From contig JBKJIL010000093.1 in assembly GCA_046598435.1 (NCBI GenBank), forward strand, positions 1-47,821: a stretch of DNA of 47,821 bases, given 5' to 3'. Source of the stretch: Acidimicrobiales bacterium. Its GTDB lineage: Bacteria; Actinomycetota; Acidimicrobiia; Acidimicrobiales; VFJN01. Positions 8,017 through 18,027 of the stretch are shown in pieces. Each line of letters opens with the position of its first letter. The first letter of the stretch is position 1. The notes below the pieces were generated by a model, which made no database searches, was not told where the DNA came from, and was given only the letters and a program-made list of their open reading frames with translations. The translations under genes and the position numbers were made by a program.

Positions 8017-9279
8017 ATGGCCGACCAGCCCACGCTCGAGCAGTTCCGCGACGAGTGCGTCGCCTTCCTCGATGCCAACGCCAAGCTGCGTCAGGCCGAG
8101 GACAAGACGTTCGTGTGGGGCGAGGGCGATGACGACGTCGCCATGTTCGAAGAGGTGGACCGCGAGACCGAGGCACGCGAGCTGGCCGCCGCCAAGGACT
8201 GGCGAGCCCGCAAGTACGACGCCGGCCTCGGCTACATCACGGGCGCCGAGGAGTACGGCGGGCGCGAGCTCCCGGGTCCCTACGACCGGCTCTATGCCAG
8301 CCTCGAGGCGAAGTACGACGTCCCCGGCCAGGGGTTCTTCGGCATCGGCCTCGGCATGGTGGCGCCCACCATCAAGGATCACGCGCAGCCCCACATCAAG
8401 GCCAAGTACCTCCCGGCGATGTACCGAGCCGACCTGGTCGGCTGTCAGCTCTTCAGCGAGCCGGGCGCCGGCTCCGACCTCGCCGGCCTCACGAGCAAGG
8501 CCGAGCGAGACGGCGACGAGTGGGTCATCACCGGCCAGAAGGTGTGGACCTCCGGCGCGCAGTACAGCGACATCGGCGAGATCATCTGCCGCACCGATCC
8601 CGACCTCCCCAAGCACAAGGGCCTCACCGGATTCATCGTGGACATGCACGCCTCAGGCGTGGAGGTGCGCCCGCTGCGCCAGATGACCGGCGGCGCGTCC
8701 TTCAACGAGGTGTTCTTCAACGAGGTGCGGGTGCCCGACGACCATCGCCTCGGCGACGTGAACCAGGGCTGGTCCGTGGCGCTCACGACGCTCATGAACG
8801 AGCGGTCATCGATCGGCGCCGGCGGGGGTGGCGGCGGGCTGGGCGTCGCCAACGTCACCCGCCTCGCCGAGATGCTCAAGCAGTTCGGCCTCGCCAACAG
8901 TGCCGTGCACCGCGACGAGCTGATGGACATCTACACCCGCTACCAGGTGGCCAAGCTCACCAACCAGCGAGCCCTCGACAAGATCAAGGCCGGGCAGCTG
9001 CCGGGGCCCGAGATGTCCATCGCCAAGATGGCCCTCACCGACAACCTCACCCGCACGGGCGCCTTCGTGGCCAAGGTCCTGGGACCCCGCCTGCAGGCCG
9101 ACACCGGCGAGTGGGGCACCTTCGCGTGGTCGCAGTTCATCTGCGGATCGCCGGGGATGCGCATCGCGGGCGGCACCGACGAGGTGCTGCGCAACATCGT
9201 CGGGGAGCGGGTGCTCGGCCTGCCGAAGGACTCGGGGATCGACTCGAACAGCCCGTTCAAGGACATCCTCAAGAACTAG
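8017..9279 (+). CDS. Acyl-CoA dehydrogenase
   Basis: CQLFSEPGAGSDLAGL, ITGQKVWTSGA, FNEVFFNEVRVP, IAGGTDEVLRNIVGERVLGLPK. Confidence 0.95.
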   Translation: MADQPTLEQFRDECVAFLDANAKLRQAEDKTFVWGEGDDDVAMFEEVDRETEARELAAAKDWRARKYDAGLGYITGAEEYGGRELPGPYDRLYASLEAKYDVPGQGFFGIGLGMVAPTIKDHAQPHIKAKYLPAMYRADLVGCQLFSEPGAGSDLAGLTSKAERDGDEWVITGQKVWTSGAQYSDIGEIICRTDPDLPKHKGLTGFIVDMHASGVEVRPLRQMTGGASFNEVFFNEVRVPDDHRLGDVNQGWSVALTTLMNERSSIGAGGGGGGLGVANVTRLAEMLKQFGLANSAVHRDELMDIYTRYQVAKLTNQRALDKIKAGQLPGPEMSIAKMALTDNLTRTGAFVAKVLGPRLQADTGEWGTFAWSQFICGSPGMRIAGGTDEVLRNIVGERVLGLPKDSGIDSNSPFKDILKN

Positions 9280-9283
9280 CGAG

Positions 9284-9823
9284 CTAGGCCGCCCCCGGGC
9301 CGGCCAGCTGGGCCTCGATGCGGTCGACGACCTCGGCCACCACCGACGGCACCGGTTCGGTGCGCTCCATCGTCGGCGTGAGCCCCTGGGTGTGACGCCG
9401 CTCGACGCGCTCTCGGTTGGTGTGGCTGCCCGCGAAGGCCACCCCGAAGATGAACAGCGCGAACAGCGCCGCGCCGGTGGCCACGACCCAGCCGCCCAGC
9501 AGGTAGCCCACCCCGACGAGGATCGCACCGCTGATCGCGCCCACGGCTGGGAGCGCGCTCGTCTGCTTGGTGGCGGCCACGTAGGCCGCGGCACGGTTGG
9601 CCCCCGCCAGTCGGCCCCGCACCTTGCCCTCGAAGGTGGCCTGGGAGATCGGCACCAGTGCCTTGCGCACCGACTCCACCTCACCGTGGGCCAGCGCACG
9701 GTCGAGCCGGGCCAGGTCGCCGGCCACGACCGGCCAGGCGGTGGCGGCCAGATGGGCGACGCGCAGGTCGGCCAGGATCTGGCGGGCCTCGCGCTCGATG
9801 TCCTTGGGCAGCTGGACCGGCAT
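9284..9823 (-). CDS. Hypothetical membrane protein, CATASP-like helical domain split by a two-TM hairpin
   Basis: ATG at 9823 lies 2 bp after the rnhB stop. Amphipathic helices, two TM segments, C-terminal EPVPSVVAEVVDRIEAQL. Confidence 0.65.
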   Translation of the reverse strand: MPVQLPKDIEREARQILADLRVAHLAATAWPVVAGDLARLDRALAHGEVESVRKALVPISQATFEGKVRGRLAGANRAAAYVAATKQTSALPAVGAISGAILVGVGYLLGGWVVATGAALFALFIFGVAFAGSHTNRERVERRHTQGLTPTMERTEPVPSVVAEVVDRIEAQLAGPGAA

Positions 9824-9825
9824 CG

Positions 9826-10572
9826 TCAGAACAGCTGCTGCTGGTAGCGCAGCGCAGGGTCGACGGGGGCCGGCGGCACGAGGCGCGGCACGCCACCCCA
9901 TGGCAGGTGATCCATGAACACCCAGCTGCGACGATGGATGGCGGATGGTCCGAGGCCCTGCAACGCCACCTTGTGCTTCGGGCAGGGGTAGCCCTTGTTG
10001 AGCTCGAAGGCCCAGTAGGGGTGGTGCTCGGCCTCGGCCCGCATGATGCGGTCGCGGGTGACCTTGGCGAGGATCGAGGCGGCTGCGATCGACAAGCAGC
10101 GGGCGTCACCCTTCACGAGCATCTCGCTGGTGCCGGCGCCCACGAAGTCCCACTTGCCGTCGAGCAGCACGCGCTGGGCGGGCAACCCGAGCGCGTCGAG
10201 GGCCCGCTGCGCGGCCAGGCGCTGCGCCTCTGACATGCCGAGGTCGTCGCACTCCTCCTCGCTGGCGTGGCCGACCGACCAGGCCACGCACCAGTCCGCC
10301 ACCCGGTCGAACAGCGCCTCGCGCTCGCGCTCGGTGAGCATCTTCGAGTCGCGGATCTTGTTGACCCGTCGATCCTTCGGCACGACGGCGGCGCCGAGGG
10401 TGAGCGGACCGGCCCACGCGCCACGACCCACCTCGTCGATCCCCACCACCACCTCGTGGCCCTCCGCCCACAGCCGGCGCTCGGTGTCGAGCGACGGCGC
10501 AGAGCGCTTGAGCGCCTTGCGCAGCACTGGCGCCGAGCGAGGTGCTCGGGTGGAGGCACCGGCGATCGACAT
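9826..10572 (-). CDS. rnhB: Ribonuclease HII
   Basis: GIDEVGRGAWAGP, RDSKMLT, LLDG, VKGDARCLSIAAASILAKVTRD, NKGY, IHRRSW. Confidence 0.96.
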   Translation of the reverse strand: MSIAGASTRAPRSAPVLRKALKRSAPSLDTERRLWAEGHEVVVGIDEVGRGAWAGPLTLGAAVVPKDRRVNKIRDSKMLTEREREALFDRVADWCVAWSVGHASEEECDDLGMSEAQRLAAQRALDALGLPAQRVLLDGKWDFVGAGTSEMLVKGDARCLSIAAASILAKVTRDRIMRAEAEHHPYWAFELNKGYPCPKHKVALQGLGPSAIHRRSWVFMDHLPWGGVPRLVPPAPVDPALRYQQQLF

Positions 10573-10672
10573 CGCTCCGAGGGTAGAGCATTCGGCCGAC
10601 GCCGCGACCGAGCCTGAGAGGGTTCACAGCCGACGGCGACCCGATCCACCCACAGCGGGCGACACTGGTGGC

Positions 10673-11359
10673 ATGCGCGTGCTGCTCGTGGAGGACGAGG
10701 TCGGCCTGGCCGGCGCCCTCGCGCGCGGCCTCGCCGCCGAGGGCTTCGAGGTGGAGGCCGTGCACGACGGCATGGCGGGGTTGGAGCACGCGGGCGACCC
10801 CCGATACGCCGCCATCATCCTCGACATCATGCTCCCGGGGTGCAACGGCTACGTGATCTGTCGCACCCTGCGCGAGGAGGGCGTGTGGACTCCGATCCTC
10901 ATGCTCACCGCCAAGGACGGCGAGTGGGACGAAGCCGAGGCCCTCGACACCGGCGCCGACGACTTCCTGTCGAAGCCCTTCTCGTTCGTCGTGCTGGTGG
11001 CCCGGCTGCGAGCCATCCTGCGCCGCGGCGCAGCTCCTCGCCCGGCCGTGCTCGCAGTGGGTGACCTCCACCTCGATCCCGCCACGCGGGAGTGCCACCG
11101 CGACGGCGTCGCCATCGAGCTGACGGCGCGCGAGTTCGCCGTGCTCGAGCAGCTCATGCGCCACGACGGCGAGGTGGTCACGAAGGGGGCGTTGCTCGAG
11201 CAGGTCTGGGGCCAGGACGGCGAGGCCGATGCCAACGTGGTTGAGGTCTACCTCGGGTACCTCCGCAAGAAGGTGGACGCCCCGTTCAACCGCCGCTCGC
11301 TGCGCACCGTGCGCGGCGCGGGCTACCGCGTCGTCGACGATCGGGCCCAGGCGCCGTGA
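10673..11359 (+). CDS. OmpR/PhoB-family response regulator
   Basis: MRVLLVEDE, ILDIMLPG, LMLTAK, GADDFLSKPF, NVVEVYLGYLRKK, TVRGAGY. Confidence 0.95.
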   Translation: MRVLLVEDEVGLAGALARGLAAEGFEVEAVHDGMAGLEHAGDPRYAAIILDIMLPGCNGYVICRTLREEGVWTPILMLTAKDGEWDEAEALDTGADDFLSKPFSFVVLVARLRAILRRGAAPRPAVLAVGDLHLDPATRECHRDGVAIELTAREFAVLEQLMRHDGEVVTKGALLEQVWGQDGEADANVVEVYLGYLRKKVDAPFNRRSLRTVRGAGYRVVDDRAQAP

Positions 11360-12756
11360 CCGAAGGCGCCGCGACCGAGGGGGCCGTGACCAGTGCGCCG
11401 GGCCGGTGGGGTGACGGCATGCGCGACGGACTGCGGAGCGTGCGGGTCCGCCTCACCCTGACGGCCACGGTGGTGACGGCCGGGGCGGTGCTCCTTGCCG
11501 CCACCTGGCTGGTGCACACCGTGGAGGGCTCGCTCACCAGTCGGCTCCACGACGAGGGAACGGCCCGCCTCAACGCCTTCCGCGTCGTCCTCGAGCACGG
11601 CGGCAGACCCGACCAGCTCGATCTGGCCGCCGCCGCACCCGGCGGCGGGTACGTCCAGGTGGTGCTGAACGGGCAGGTGGTGGCCTCCAGCCCCGCCGGA
11701 CGCCGGCTGCCGCCCCTGTACACGTTGGAGCCCCACGACGACGTGGTGCGCATCGACGAGATCCCGATGGCGTTCACGGAGCAGACGGTGCACGGCGCCG
11801 CCGGCGAGGTGCGACTCCTCGCCGCGGCACCGCTGGATCCGGTGCTGCGCGGCGTCGACGCCGTCAAGGAAGGCCTGACGGTGTCGTTGCCGCTCCTCGT
11901 GGGGGCCGTCGCCCTGCTCGTGTGGGTGCTGGCCGGACGGGCACTGCGACCCGTCGAGTCGATCCGCAGCGAGGTGGAGGCCATCACCGGCACCACCCTC
12001 GACCGGCGGGTGCCCGTGCCCCGCTCGGGCGACGAGGTGGCCCGGCTGGCCTGCACCATGAACGCCATGCTCGACCGCCTGCAGGATGCGTCGACCCGTC
12101 AGCAGCGCTTCGTGGCCGACGCCTCCCACGAGCTCCGCTCACCGGTGGCCGCCATCCGCACCGAGCTCGAGGTCGCCCAGCGCACGGCGGCTCCAGACGA
12201 CTGGCCCGCCATCGCCGAGCGGCTGCTGAGCGAGGAGGCACGGCTGGAGGCTGTCATCACAGATCTGCTGCTGCTGGCGACCCTCGACGAGGGCGCCCCG
12301 CTGCCCGACTCCGTCGCGGTCGACCTCGCCGAGGTGGCCACGGAGGAGGCGCGCCGGCGGGCCCCCCTCGGGGCCACGGTCGAGGTGGACGCTCCGGCGC
12401 CGGTCATCGTCCAGGGCAGCCGGACGCAGCTTCGGCGAGCCGTCGCCAACCTGCTCGACAACGCCGGCCGCCACGCTCGCAGGACCGTGCGGGTGTCCGT
12501 CCACCAGCGAGACGGGATGGCCCGCCTCCTGGTGGACGACGACGGGCCGGGCATCCCGGAGGCCGATCGAGCGCGGGTCTTCGAGCGCTTCACCCGCCTG
12601 GACGACCACCGCACGAGGGGCAGCGGGGGTGCCGGGTTGGGCCTCTCGTTGGTGTGTCGCATCGCCGAGCACCACCACGGCTCCGTGCACGTCCACACGG
12701 CACCGCTCGGCGGTGCCCGGCTCGTGCTCGAGCTGCCGAGCACGACGGGCCGCTGA
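11356..12756 (+). CDS. HAMP-domain sensor histidine kinase
   Basis: Two TM helices, HAMP domain, H-box ADASHELRSP, N-box NLLDNA, DDGPGI, GAGLGL. GTGA overlap with the regulator. Confidence 0.95.
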   Translation: MTEGAATEGAVTSAPGRWGDGMRDGLRSVRVRLTLTATVVTAGAVLLAATWLVHTVEGSLTSRLHDEGTARLNAFRVVLEHGGRPDQLDLAAAAPGGGYVQVVLNGQVVASSPAGRRLPPLYTLEPHDDVVRIDEIPMAFTEQTVHGAAGEVRLLAAAPLDPVLRGVDAVKEGLTVSLPLLVGAVALLVWVLAGRALRPVESIRSEVEAITGTTLDRRVPVPRSGDEVARLACTMNAMLDRLQDASTRQQRFVADASHELRSPVAAIRTELEVAQRTAAPDDWPAIAERLLSEEARLEAVITDLLLLATLDEGAPLPDSVAVDLAEVATEEARRRAPLGATVEVDAPAPVIVQGSRTQLRRAVANLLDNAGRHARRTVRVSVHQRDGMARLLVDDDGPGIPEADRARVFERFTRLDDHRTRGSGGAGLGLSLVCRIAEHHHGSVHVHTAPLGGARLVLELPSTTGR

Positions 12757-14325
12757 TCAGTCGGACGCGAGCTGTCGGGCGACGGCGAGTAGGTCCGGTC
12801 GGGTGCGGAGGAACGTGTCCTCGAAGCGGCCGTCGATGTCGACCGGCAGCGAATCGAACCAGCCCAGCTCGGCCAACCGGTGGAGGTCGCTGCCCTCGGG
12901 CTGGCGGGGCGGCGGGGCGGGGGCCGGCACCCGGTTCGGGACGGCGGCCGGCCCCGACACCGGCACCGGGATCTGCTCCAGCTGGCCGGTGGGGTCCTCC
13001 AGCAGCGGCTCGACGGTGAGGTGGAGCGGTGCCTCATAGGGCACGAAGGACGGGTCGGGGTCGTAGGAGCGGAAGCCTCGGAAGGCCCGGCCCAGGCTGT
13101 TGGTCGAGCGGTCGCGGGCGGTGAGGTGCGGAAGACCCCAGTTCTCCGACATGAAGCGCAGCACCGAGGAGTGCTCGTACAGCGTGTGGTCCACCTTGCT
13201 GCGACGACCGTCGGGGGTACGGGTCCAGGGGCTCATCACGGCAGTCGGGACGCGGAAGCCCAGCTGGCCGAAGTCCTGCTCCCCGCCCGGGTCCTTGGGG
13301 GTGGCCCGGTCGTCGGCCACCCGGGGCGGGTCGACGTGGTCCCAGAACCCGCCCCACTCGTCGTAGGTCACAACCAGGGCGCCCTTGCGGTAGCAGGGCG
13401 ATGAGCCGAAGGCCTCCACCACGTCGGACAGGAAGGCCTGGCCAAGGCGGATGTCCGCGTGCGGGTGGTCGTCGTTGGCCAGGCCGTTCGGGCCGATGAA
13501 CCACGGGTCGACGATGGCCACCTGCGGCAGCGTGCCGGCCGCGGCATCGGCGTAGTACTCGGCCACCGGACGAGCATGGGCCAGGTGGCGGGCACCCCAG
13601 AAGGCGATCTGGGGGAGGTTCGAGTAGTAGTACTTCGCCGTGATGCCATAGGCATCGCAGAGGGTCCACAGGGTCGGCCAGTCCCACCCGAGGGCCCACT
13701 CCGGGTGCTCCTGTGCCTTCTGCGGCGGGAGGTCGTTGTTCTTCAGGCCGCCCGACGTGGCCGAGTGGAGGTAGTACCGGTTCGGCTGCGTCGGGCCCAG
13801 CAGCGAGCAGAACCAGCGGTCGTAGGCCTGGTAGTCGCGCACCAACCGCGCCCACACGGGGATGTCACGGGCGTCGTAGGTGGCCAGCGCCAGCTCGTCG
13901 TTGCCGGTCACCGGGTGCAACCAGCCGTCGCAGGCCCCCCGGTTGCGCTCGGCCCGGCCACCCGTCCAGCCGTGGGAGGGGTCTTCGAACCCACGCCCGT
14001 GGAAGTTCTTGCGACCGCGCTGGCCCCATGGCTCGGTCGTGATCAGCGGGCCGTCCGGGCCCTGGCGGAGATCGCGGAACGTGCGCACCTGCGTGGCGTC
14101 GAAGTCGGGGTTCTCCACGCCGTACCAGCCCAGGTAGTGGTCGACGGAGCGGTTCTCCATCATCACCACCACCAGGTGCTCCACGGGTGTGCGGGCCTTG
14201 CGACGACCGGCCCGGGCCGAGGGCAAGGCCAGGTTGACGGGGTCAGCGCCCGCCGCGGTCGGGCGGGCGAGGGCGGCAGCACCGGCCGTGGCCAGGGCGC
14301 CTTGCATGAACGATCGGCGATCCAC
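12757..14325 (-). CDS. Tat-exported phosphoesterase (phospholipase C/acid phosphatase family)
   Basis: Tat signal DRRSFM, VVMMENRSVDHYLG, GPTQPNRYY, DDHP, TYDEWGGFWDHVDPP, GFRVP, YEHSSVLRF. Confidence 0.9.
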   Translation of the reverse strand: MDRRSFMQGALATAGAAALARPTAAGADPVNLALPSARAGRRKARTPVEHLVVVMMENRSVDHYLGWYGVENPDFDATQVRTFRDLRQGPDGPLITTEPWGQRGRKNFHGRGFEDPSHGWTGGRAERNRGACDGWLHPVTGNDELALATYDARDIPVWARLVRDYQAYDRWFCSLLGPTQPNRYYLHSATSGGLKNNDLPPQKAQEHPEWALGWDWPTLWTLCDAYGITAKYYYSNLPQIAFWGARHLAHARPVAEYYADAAAGTLPQVAIVDPWFIGPNGLANDDHPHADIRLGQAFLSDVVEAFGSSPCYRKGALVVTYDEWGGFWDHVDPPRVADDRATPKDPGGEQDFGQLGFRVPTAVMSPWTRTPDGRRSKVDHTLYEHSSVLRFMSENWGLPHLTARDRSTNSLGRAFRGFRSYDPDPSFVPYEAPLHLTVEPLLEDPTGQLEQIPVPVSGPAAVPNRVPAPAPPPRQPEGSDLHRLAELGWFDSLPVDIDGRFEDTFLRTRPDLLAVARQLASD

Positions 14326-14397
14326 GCCTCACCATTCGTGGTCGGCCGGTCGACACCTCTCGCGACACCCAAGGTTCACCTGGCGGCCACCCGGGGC

Positions 14398-15294
14398 TCA
14401 GTCGAGGAGCACGACGTCGTGGGCTCCCAGGGCGCCCGACACCTCGAGCTGCTGGTACGTGGCGCGGCAGGGCGACCCCACCAGTGCGTGGACGACCGGG
14501 GGGCCGACGAGGGGCAGCTCGGCGACCATCGAGGCGGTGGTGACCTCGCGGTGCTTCGGGTCCTCGACGTGCATGCACACGGTCCAGCCATCCGCGCCGC
14601 CGGCGTGGGAGCGCAGGTGCTCCTGGAGGGCGTCGACCGTGACCGGCCGGCGAGCCAGCACAGCAGCCGACGCGTCGAGACGCGGCTGCACGAGGCGGTC
14701 GACGGGCTGGCGGGGGTGGGCCACCTCGACAGCGAAGCCGGCGATCGTGGTGCGGTTGGAGATGGCCCGCACGTCGTCCACCACCTCGACCGCGCCGGTG
14801 TCGCCGGAGGTCTCCACGACGTACGCCCGGCGGGGGTCGGCCAGGAGGAACGACGACCAGTACGGTCGCCGTTGATCGGCGTGACCCGACCCACCTTGGC
14901 CCACGGCGCTGAGGAGCTCGGCCAGCAGCGACACCGCCCGATCCGCATCCGGCGCCCGTTCGAGCACCAAGCGCACGAGGTCCATCCCGGTGAGCCCATC
15001 GGGGGCCGATCTCGGGTCGAGCGTCGTGTAGATCGTGGCGTTGCCGACCGCCAGGCCCTGGTCGTTGACCCCGTGCTCGGCCCCCCAGCCCCAGGTGGGC
15101 CGGGAAGCCAGCACCCCGAAGGTGGGTGCGGGGTGGGCCGCCACCTCGACGTGGGTGGCGCGAAGCACGCCGACGTCCTGCCGGGGCGCCAGCCACTCCA
15201 CCACCTGGCGCTCCTCGGGCGGGCGGTCGCTGTTCTTGGCGAACAAGGTGGTGTCGCCGGTGGCGCCGGGCAGGGCGCAGAGCAGGTCACACAC
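14398..15294 (-). CDS. Secernin/C69-dipeptidase-like Ntn hydrolase
   Basis: The GTG start gives N-terminal (M)CD with the nucleophile Cys, then LFAKNSDRP, WGWGAEHGVNDQGLAVGN, GMDLVRLVLER, SFLLAD, VCMH. Confidence 0.85.
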   Translation of the reverse strand: MCDLLCALPGATGDTTLFAKNSDRPPEERQVVEWLAPRQDVGVLRATHVEVAAHPAPTFGVLASRPTWGWGAEHGVNDQGLAVGNATIYTTLDPRSAPDGLTGMDLVRLVLERAPDADRAVSLLAELLSAVGQGGSGHADQRRPYWSSFLLADPRRAYVVETSGDTGAVEVVDDVRAISNRTTIAGFAVEVAHPRQPVDRLVQPRLDASAAVLARRPVTVDALQEHLRSHAGGADGWTVCMHVEDPKHREVTTASMVAELPLVGPPVVHALVGSPCRATYQQLEVSGALGAHDVVLLD

Positions 15295-15322
15295 GGGCGC
15301 AGTCTCTCCTACGCTCGCTCTG

Positions 15323-16138
15323 ATGGCGACGCCCGGGGAGCTCCACCGCATCGCACCGGGCTCGGCGGTGCGCCTCGCCTCGCTCGACCCCACCGACATC
15401 AGCGCGGCACCAGGTGACAAGGCGACGACCCGCACGGCGACGGAGCCACTGGTGGCGCGGCTCGCCGAGCTGCAGGAGCTGCTGTGGGCCAACGGCACCC
15501 ACCGGCTCCTCGTGGTGCTGCAGGGGATGGACGCCGCCGGCAAGGGGGGCGTGGTGGAGCACGTGCTGGGAGCCGTCAACCCGGCCGGGTTGCGGGTGAC
15601 GTCGTTCAAGGCGCCCACCACCGCGGAGCTGGCTCGCGACTACCTGTGGCGGGTGCACGCGCAGGTGCCCGAGGCCGGCCACATCGGCGTGTTCGACCGC
15701 AGCCACTACGAGGACGTCCTCGTCGTGCGTGTGGAGGGTCTCGTGCCGGAGGAACGCTGGCGGCGCCGCTACGCCCACATCAACGCCTTCGAGCAGACCC
15801 TGGCCGACGAGGGCACCACCATCGTGAAGCTGCTGCTCCACCTGTCGCCGGACGAGCAGAAGAAGCGCCTGCAGGCGCGTCTCGACGAGCCGGACAAGCG
15901 CTGGAAGTTCAAGCTGGGCGACCTCGCCACCCGCGCCAGGTGGGACGACTACGCGGCGGCCTTCGAGGAGATGGTGGAGCGCACCAGCACTGCGGCGGCC
16001 CCGTGGCACATCATCCCGGCCGACGAGAAGTGGTACCGCGACTGGGCGGTGGCGACCATCCTGGTGGAGGCCCTCGACGAGCTCGACCTCCGTTGGCCCG
16101 AGCCTGCCGAGGACCTCTCCGGGGTGCGGATCGACTAG
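15323..16138 (+). CDS. ppk2: Polyphosphate kinase 2 family (class III-like)
   Basis: LQGMDAAGKGG, SFKAPT, DYLWR, FDRSHYEDVL, KRWKF, APWHIIPADEKWYR. Confidence 0.92.
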   Translation: MATPGELHRIAPGSAVRLASLDPTDISAAPGDKATTRTATEPLVARLAELQELLWANGTHRLLVVLQGMDAAGKGGVVEHVLGAVNPAGLRVTSFKAPTTAELARDYLWRVHAQVPEAGHIGVFDRSHYEDVLVVRVEGLVPEERWRRRYAHINAFEQTLADEGTTIVKLLLHLSPDEQKKRLQARLDEPDKRWKFKLGDLATRARWDDYAAAFEEMVERTSTAAAPWHIIPADEKWYRDWAVATILVEALDELDLRWPEPAEDLSGVRID

Positions 16139-17082
16139 CGCTTGGCGGTGGTCTTGGTGGCCTTGGCCGCCGCCTTGGCCGTGCGCCCGGTGGTGGTGGC
16201 GGCCCGCTTGGCCGCCGTCTTGGTGGCGCTGGCGGCCGTCGCGGTGCGCTTGCGAGCGGTGGTGGCAGTGCTCTTGGCCCCGGCGTTGGCGGCCCGGGCC
16301 GTGCGCTTGGTGCCCCGTGAGGCAGCGCCGGCCGTGCGGGAAGCCCGGTCAGCGCTCTCCTTGGTCTCGGCCTTGGCCCGGCGGGTGGCGTTGATGGCGG
16401 TCTCGGTGGCGTCGGCGGCCCGGTTGCGAACCTGCTCCGCCGTGCGGCGGGCCGTGCTCGAGCCCCGCGGCGAGCGACGCGGCCTCTTGCGCTGCAGGAT
16501 CGTGGCGATGACGTCGCCGACGGCGGCCAGGCTCCCCTGGGCCAGGCCGCTCACCGTGTCCCCGACCCGATCCGCCACGCCGGCGGCCGTGCCGAGCACG
16601 AGGTTGCCCGGCGGCACGTCGGGCGAGCGGGGGTGTGGATGCGTAGGAGCCACCTTGCGGGCGGCGGCCATGGCGTCACCGAGGTCGCCCAGCGCACCGC
16701 GGCCCAGCTCGTCGCGGACCATGGGGAAGAGGTCGTCCTCCTCCTCCTCGACGTGGTGGCGCACGTTCTCCATGAGCACCGTGACCTTGGCGTCGAAGCG
16801 CTCGTCCTCGGGCGACATCCGCTCCAGCTCCGAGAGCACCCACTTGACGATGTGGTGCTCCTCGAGCGCTTCGAGGGTGAGGTCTTCGGTCTCGGGGACG
16901 GTGGAGCGGATGACCGGGTAGAAGAGCTGCTCCTCGATGGCGGCATGCACCGAGAGCTCCTCGATGATCCGGTCGACGATGGCGCGCTTCTCGACGAAGG
17001 CCCGCTCTCCCGCCTTCTCGAAGCGCTTGAAGAGCTGCTCCACGGTCTTGTGGTCGTCTTTGAGCATGGTGATGGCGTCCAT
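16135..17082 (-). CDS. Hemerythrin (HHE) domain protein with a basic Ala/Thr/Lys/Arg-rich tail
   Basis: LKDDH, LSVHAAIEEQLFYP, EEHH, RHHVEEEE, APTHPHP; tail ...AKSTATTARKRTATAASATKTAAKRAATTTGRTAKAAAKATKTTAKR. Confidence 0.88.
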   Translation of the reverse strand: MDAITMLKDDHKTVEQLFKRFEKAGERAFVEKRAIVDRIIEELSVHAAIEEQLFYPVIRSTVPETEDLTLEALEEHHIVKWVLSELERMSPEDERFDAKVTVLMENVRHHVEEEEDDLFPMVRDELGRGALGDLGDAMAAARKVAPTHPHPRSPDVPPGNLVLGTAAGVADRVGDTVSGLAQGSLAAVGDVIATILQRKRPRRSPRGSSTARRTAEQVRNRAADATETAINATRRAKAETKESADRASRTAGAASRGTKRTARAANAGAKSTATTARKRTATAASATKTAAKRAATTTGRTAKAAAKATKTTAKR

Positions 17083-17127
17083 GGGCCGGGGTGTACCCCC
17101 CCGTCGCCAGGAGCAGACCCGGGCGCC

Positions 17128-17907
17128 TCACCATGCCTCCGCCAGCAGCGACGCGAACACGGCCTCGGGGTCGGTGTCGACGCCGTGGCGGCCGAACCAG
17201 GTGCACATGGTGGTGACGTCGTGGTGGAGCAGGTCGAACCCGTGGGGGTTGGTCACCAGGTCGACGGCCTGCGGGAAGTCGATGAGCCACAGCCGATCGT
17301 GCCACCAGAGCACGTTGAACGGCGACAGGTCGGCATGCACCAGTCCTGCCCTCGTCAGGCGGCTCAGCTCCTCGAGGAGCTGGGCATACGCCCGGTGCAC
17401 CTCGTCGTCGTCGAGGCGAGCGGTCACCAGTCGAGGAGCGGCGCCCGCACCGTCGCCGATCAGCTGCATGAGCATGCCGTCGCCGGTGAACTCGACGGGG
17501 TAGGGCACGGTGACCCCGGCGGCGTGGGCCCGCACCAGCACGTCGAGCTCCTGGCCGGGCCAGCGCTCGGCGAGCACCCGCTTGCCGTAGTCGGTCATGC
17601 GCTCCACGGCCCGCTGCTCACGGCTGCGACGAAACCGCCGCCCCTCGTGGTACACGGTGTCCTTCGTGAAGCCACGGGCCCGGCTGAAGCCGAGGGCCTC
17701 GAGCTCCCCCTTGGTGGTGACCTTGGTCGGCCGATAGCGCTTGTGGGCCAGCAAGACGCGCTGGCGGTCGTCGGCCGTGCGGCGCTCGACGATGAACACC
17801 TCGGCCTCCTTGCCGGTCTTCAGCAGACCGAGCACATCGTCGACGACCGGGGTGCGGCCGTCGGTGAGCCACGCCGGAGCGGCGCGGTCGGGGTCGTGCT
17901 GGTGCAC
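17128..17907 (-). CDS. RIO1-family atypical Ser/Thr kinase/ATPase
   Basis: LKTGKEAEVF, KRYR, VPYPV, LVHADLSPFNVL, LIDFPQAV. GTG start follows CAGGAGG. Confidence 0.92.
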   Translation of the reverse strand: MHQHDPDRAAPAWLTDGRTPVVDDVLGLLKTGKEAEVFIVERRTADDRQRVLLAHKRYRPTKVTTKGELEALGFSRARGFTKDTVYHEGRRFRRSREQRAVERMTDYGKRVLAERWPGQELDVLVRAHAAGVTVPYPVEFTGDGMLMQLIGDGAGAAPRLVTARLDDDEVHRAYAQLLEELSRLTRAGLVHADLSPFNVLWWHDRLWLIDFPQAVDLVTNPHGFDLLHHDVTTMCTWFGRHGVDTDPEAVFASLLAEAW

Positions 17908-17985
17908 GGGTCCTCCTGGGGTAGCGAGCGATCAGGGCGGGACGGGCCCGGACGGCTCACAGCACGCCGCGACGCAACCTGTGCG

Positions 17986-18027
17986 TCAGTGCGCGGAGCC
18001 GACGGGGCGATCGACGGTGACAGTCAT
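17986..18027 (-). CDS. Putative 13-aa leader peptide (MTVTVDRPVGSAH) upstream of the RIO1 kinase
   Basis: GAGGAGG lies 8 nt before the ATG. The stop overlaps a GACGCA-N5-TGCGTC hairpin (17971-17987), 78 nt before the kinase start. Confidence 0.55.
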   Translation of the reverse strand: MTVTVDRPVGSAH

